DNA from: Pseudomonadota bacterium
GTDB taxonomy: Bacteria > Pseudomonadota > Alphaproteobacteria > Acetobacterales > Acetobacteraceae
DNA: 64,000 bases
Assembly (NCBI GenBank): GCA_021815825.1
Contig: JAKAZO010000005.1
Coordinates: forward strand, 5,790-69,789
Reading direction: 5' to 3'
The position numbers and the translations under genes are program-made. Within the stretch, counting starts at the first letter, position 1. Each line of letters starts with the position of its first letter. This document shows, piece by piece, positions 59,601-64,000 of this stretch. The notes beneath the pieces were generated by a model. It was not told the origin of the DNA, did not search any database, and worked only from the letters and a program-made list of their open reading frames with translations.

Positions 59601-60047
59601 GGCGTGATCGTCGCCGGCGGCGAGCAGAACGCCGCCATAGGGCGAGGTGCCGGCGAAGTTCGCATGCTTGATCGCATCGCCGGCGCGGTCCACACCCGGC
59701 CCCTTGCCGTACCAGAAGGCGAACACGCCGTCATATCGCGCCCCGGGATAGAGCGGCACCTGCTGCGAGCCGCCGATCGCGGTGACGGCGATCTCCTCGT
59801 TCAAACCGGGCTGGAAATGCACGTGCTGGGCGGCCAGGTGCTGGCGGGCCTGCCAGAGCTGAATATCCACCTGCCCGAGCGGCGAGCCGCGATAGCCGCT
59901 GATGAAGCAAGCCGTGTTCAGCCCGGCCCGCATGTCGAGCGCGCGCTGGAGCAGCGGCAGACGCACGAGCGCCTGGGTGCCGGTGAGATAGACGCGGTCG
60001 ATGTCGACGGCGTATTTGTCGTCGAGCGTGATGGCACCGTGCTTCAT
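56601..60047 (-). CDS. indolepyruvate:ferredoxin oxidoreductase family protein (fused alpha/beta, about 1150 aa)
   Basis: N-terminus LDDKYAVDIDRVYLTGTQALVRL, a TPP-binding region GDGTY, and ferredoxin-type Cys clusters CSGCPHN and CEGCGDCSVQSNC. Start reset to ATG 60047. Confidence 0.85.
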   Translation of the reverse strand: MKHGAITLDDKYAVDIDRVYLTGTQALVRLPLLQRALDMRAGLNTACFISGYRGSPLGQVDIQLWQARQHLAAQHVHFQPGLNEEIAVTAIGGSQQVPLYPGARYDGVFAFWYGKGPGVDRAGDAIKHANFAGTSPYGGVLLAAGDDHACKSSTVPHQSEPALIASLVPVLVPASVHDLIELGLHGWAASRYSGLYVGFKTVADVVDSSASVSFALDDFRFAYPDGERRAPGAPGIRVGDQPMDQEARVHAIGLPAMQAYVRENRLDRILRDDPGARFGIITAGKSLLDLRQAIADLDLEGRGGGLRILKLALTWPIDPATIRAFAGGLEEIVVVEEKAPVIESQVKDILYSLAERPRVVGKHDENGATLLTAAGELSAADIALVLARRLAPRHGESSAMHNRLAFLETQAASVQRLDAGVLRRPYFCSGCPHNTSTKVIDGSRAMAGIGCHFMAKWMDRSTEPYAQMGGEGAAWIGQAPFTEEKHVFANIGDGTYVHSGILAIRAAVAAGVNMTYKLLYNDAVAMTGGQPVDGHPSPAQITRQLAAEGVRQVHVVTDEPEKYATVTDLAPGTTVRHRRDLPALERELRELEGVTAIVYDQTCASEKRRRRKRGTMVDPAKRALINERVCEGCGDCSVQSNCLSVAPLPTEFGLKRAIDQSSCNKDFSCVEGFCPSFVTVHGGKLRRGKRVEAAIFEDLPEPTLPSLDRPFGLLVAGIGGTGVVTIGALLGVAAHAEGKHVTVLDQMGLAQKGGSVWSHIKIAANEADLRSLRVGMGGADLLLACDLVVGAGREALAALEPGRSRAVVNTHETITADFVMHPGTRLPIGKLEHAIEGAVGIGRMEMVDATSLATALVGDAIGTNLFVLGYAWQRGLVPIGREALMTAIVLNGTAVEMNKTAFEWGRAAAQDPARVAAIVGERNGAAKPAETLDGRIDRFAEELRRYQNRSYARRYRDLVARVRAREAEIAPTSSALTESVARNFFKLMAYKDEYEVARLYSDGAFRQRLESQFEGDYTLQFHLAPPLLAKRDPRTGHLVKRAYGPWVMQAFGLLRRLKGLRGTALDPFGRTEERQAERRLIEEYEALMGEIARTLTRETLETAIALAEIPAQIAGYGHVKERAMREAAAARTTLIERYRAPATALAAE

Positions 60048-60153
60048 TCCGGACACTCCCGTTGGCGTCGGCCGCCGGTCCCGGCGGCTCCCCTGAGAGA
60101 AAGATAGGGGATCGGTGCGATGGGCGCCAATGGCCCGCAAGGCGCAGGAAAAA

Positions 60154-60167
60154 TCGCAAGCTTGCGA
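60154..60167. promoter_or_regulatory. perfect 14-bp palindrome TCGCAAGCTTGCGA in a divergent promoter region
   Basis: It lies 107 nt upstream of the IOR-family ATG. A second inverted repeat, TTGCA-N3-TGCAA, is at 60242-60254. Confidence 0.3.
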
Positions 60168-60326
60168 CCGTCTCGCACCGCCGCCTGGCGCTATCCCATT
60201 GCCTCGCCGCGCCTCGACGAAATTTTGTTACGCGTTGTGCGTTGCAGCATGCAATGGGCCGTTTGCTCGGGCTGCCGGCGCGGCCTATTCTCCGCCCAAA
60301 TTCCAACCTGAGGAGGCAGTCCGGCG

Positions 60327-62045
<1,719 letters not shown>

Positions 62046-62052
62046 AAGCCCG

Positions 62053-63000
62053 ATGGACCAGTCCACGCGCAAGGCGCACCGGCGCCGCGGCCGCGCCGAC
62101 GCGCTGCCGAAGGTCGTGCGCATCGGGCTGCCGAAAGATCGCTGGCGCGACCTCTATCATTCGCTTCTGGTACTGCCCTGGAGCGGCTTCTTCGCCATCC
62201 TCGTCGGCTTCTACCTCGCCGCGAACACCGGCTTCGCGACCTTGTTCCTGCTCCAGCGCGGCGCCATCGCCGGAGCCGAGACCGGCACCTGGCTGGAGGC
62301 GTTCTTCTTCAGCGTCGAGACCATGGCCACCGTGGGCTACGGCGTGCTGCACCCGGGCACGCTCTACGGCCATATCGTCGCCACGACGGAAATCATCTTC
62401 GGCGTCATGGTGGTGCCGCTGGCGACCGGGCTGGTGATCGCCAAGTTCACCCGTCCGACGGCGCGCATCCTGTTCAGCCGCCACGCCGTGATCACCGCGT
62501 TCGAGGGCCGCCCGACACTGATCTTTCGCGCCGCCAATCTGCGCAGCAACCAGATCATCGAAGGACGCGCGCAGGTCTCGCTGCTACGCCGGCAGACCAC
62601 CGAGGAAGGCCACCAGCTGCGCCGGATCATCGATCTGCCGCTGCTGCGCGAGACCAGCCCGATCTTCGCGCTCAGCTGGTCGGTGATGCACCGGATCGAC
62701 GCGGCGAGCCCGCTGGCCGGCGCGGACGCGGAGACGCTGCACGCGGCGGATGCCCGCATCATTGTCGTGATGACCGGCATCGACGGCACCACGTCCTCGA
62801 CCGTGCACGCCACGCACCAGTACACGGCCGGCGATATCCGGTTCGATCACGCCTTCGTCGATGTCGTCTCGCTCGCGCCGGACGGCACGCCGCACATCGA
62901 CTTCAACCGCTTCCACGAGACGCGGCCGGCGCCGCCGGCCGCGGCCGTGGAGCCGGTTCAGCGCCCGCCGGAAACGGGCAGGATCGCGCCGGTGATGTAG
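62053..63000 (+). CDS. inward-rectifier-type potassium channel (KirBac family)
   Basis: Slide helix plus two TM segments, the selectivity filter TVGYG (FFFSVETMATVGYG), and a Kir-type cytoplasmic beta-rich C-terminal domain. Start reset to ATG 62053. Confidence 0.8.
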   Translation: MDQSTRKAHRRRGRADALPKVVRIGLPKDRWRDLYHSLLVLPWSGFFAILVGFYLAANTGFATLFLLQRGAIAGAETGTWLEAFFFSVETMATVGYGVLHPGTLYGHIVATTEIIFGVMVVPLATGLVIAKFTRPTARILFSRHAVITAFEGRPTLIFRAANLRSNQIIEGRAQVSLLRRQTTEEGHQLRRIIDLPLLRETSPIFALSWSVMHRIDAASPLAGADAETLHAADARIIVVMTGIDGTTSSTVHATHQYTAGDIRFDHAFVDVVSLAPDGTPHIDFNRFHETRPAPPAAAVEPVQRPPETGRIAPVM

Positions 63001-63710
63001 GAGGAGGCCGGCGAGAGCAGCCAGACGATCGCCTCCGCCGTCTCCTCGGGCGAGCCGACGCGCTGCATCGGCACGAAGCCGACGAGCCGGCCGAGCCGGT
63101 CGCCACCGCCCGCGGCGGCGTGCAGTTCGGTCTCGATCAGGCCCGGCGCCACCGCGTTCACGCGGATACCTTCGGCGGCCACTTCCCGCGCGAGGCCGAT
63201 GGTGAAGCTGTCCACCGCGCCCTTGCTCGCCGCGTAATGCACCCATTCGCCGCCGCCGCCGAGTTCGGCCGCGCGCGAGCCGACATTGACGATCGCGCCG
63301 CCCTTGCCGCCATGCCTGGTGGACAGACGCCGGACCGCCTCGCGGGCGCAGAGAAACAGGCCGGTCACGTTCACCGCCAGCACCCGCTCCAGCACCGCCG
63401 GGGTGATCGACTCCACCCGCCCGACCGGGCCGGTGACGCCGGCATTCGCGACCAGGCCGCCGAGTGGGCCCAGCGCGCGTTCGGCGGTCTCGAACAGCCG
63501 GACGATATCGGCCTCCTGGCCGGTATCCCCCTGGATCGCCACCGCCTTGCCGCCACCCGCCTCGATCGCGGCGACGACGCGATGCGCGGCCGCTTCGTTG
63601 CTGGCGTAATTGACCGCGACCGGATAGCCCTCGGCAGCCAGCCGCCGGCACGTCGCCGCGCCGATGCCGCGGCCGCCGCCGGTGACGATCACCATGCGCT
63701 TTTCGCTCAT
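62958..63710 (-). CDS. SDR family oxidoreductase
   Basis: TGGGRGIG, NAG, YAASKGAV, and the typical C-terminus GAILPVSGGR. Confidence 0.85.
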   Translation of the reverse strand: MSEKRMVIVTGGGRGIGAATCRRLAAEGYPVAVNYASNEAAAHRVVAAIEAGGGKAVAIQGDTGQEADIVRLFETAERALGPLGGLVANAGVTGPVGRVESITPAVLERVLAVNVTGLFLCAREAVRRLSTRHGGKGGAIVNVGSRAAELGGGGEWVHYAASKGAVDSFTIGLAREVAAEGIRVNAVAPGLIETELHAAAGGGDRLGRLVGFVPMQRVGSPEETAEAIVWLLSPASSYITGAILPVSGGR

Positions 63711-63752
63711 TGTTTCCTCCCTGTGCTGGGGTTCGCCCTGGCGGGCGACGGA

Positions 63753-64000
63753 TCAGCGCGAATAGAACTCGACCACCAGGTTCGGCTCCATCTGCACCGG
63801 ATAGGGCACGTCCGAGAGCTTCGGGCTGCGCAGGAAGCGTCCGCGCATGGCCCGGTGATCGACCTCGAGATACTCCGGCGTATCGCGCTCGGCGCTCTGC
63901 GCCGCGTCCAGCACCATCGCGAGCTGCTTGGACTTCTCGCGCACCTCGACGACGTCGTTGTCGCGCACGAGATAGGAGGCGATGTTCACCCGCTTGCCGT
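63753..64000 (-). CDS. rpsD: 30S ribosomal protein S4, 5' part beyond window edge
   Basis: S4 C-terminal domain: [18 protein letters not shown]...PEYLEVD...[12 protein letters not shown]. The frame continues to the window end. Confidence 0.85.
   Translation of the reverse strand, partial: GKRVNIASYLVRDNDVVEVREKSKQLAMVLDAAQSAERDTPEYLEVDHRAMRGRFLRSPKLSDVPYPVQMEPNLVVEFYSR

Overview
High-GC (roughly 70% G+C by eye) alphaproteobacterial-type chromosomal segment. It is densely coding, with about 58 protein genes. I recognised no rRNA, tRNA, CRISPR array, transposase or integrase by eye. Most long ORFs in the six-frame track are off-frame or antisense artefacts of the GC bias (Arg/Ala/Gly/Pro-rich translations) and were discarded; real starts were re-derived inside several over-extended ORFs.

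Gene content, in order:
- panE (partial), a PHB-depolymerase-type esterase and pdxY.
- A ketone-oxidation cluster of SDR, MetX-family esterase and Baeyer-Villiger monooxygenase (BVMO).
- A porin-like protein with a CitE-like lyase and a MaoC hydratase.
- An orphan Flp pilin, OsmC and NDH-2.
- A two-subunit molybdo-hydroxylase, then MmcB, PhhB and a small metallopeptidase.
- A tandem HD-GYP protein.
- An apparent operon of MFS transporter, a metallophosphoesterase/radical-SAM fusion, and thiL.
- A second MFS transporter, an aminotransferase and a second BVMO.
- A deacetylase-like protein, a class II aldolase, a Zn-ADH, OmpA and a VOC protein.
- A WcbI-like/TPR fusion, followed by an AT-rich ORFan.
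- A TRAP transporter (dctPQM), a methyltransferase and ubiA.
- A small membrane protein plus a Ser-less S8-like protein, then rsmE and gshA.
- A BTAD/SARP-TPR regulator, a type III CoA-transferase and an acyl-CoA dehydrogenase.
- A trio of MBL hydrolase, SoxYZ-like carrier and rhodanese-like CxxxCW protein.
- DedA, RMD1, and a GarD/UxaA dehydratase with an HpcH aldolase.
- A CoA-thioester catabolic cluster with a giant indolepyruvate:ferredoxin oxidoreductase-family gene.
- A KirBac-type K+ channel, an SDR, and the 3' part of rpsD.

Most interesting observations:
1. A ~95-nt structured element is present twice, each time 5' of a BVMO-pathway gene.
2. A metallophosphoesterase domain with its His ligands replaced by Cys is fused to a radical SAM domain and tightly coupled to thiL.
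3. A two-gene insert (3-TM protein plus a cytoplasmic subtilase-like protein that ends before the catalytic Ser) sits between ubiA and rsmE-gshA.
4. A putative periplasmic sulfur-carrier trio lacks any quinoprotein dehydrogenase partner in the window.
5. A ~0.95-kb AT-rich island encodes a secreted ORFan.

All functional calls rest on motif and family recognition by eye. No database search was run.
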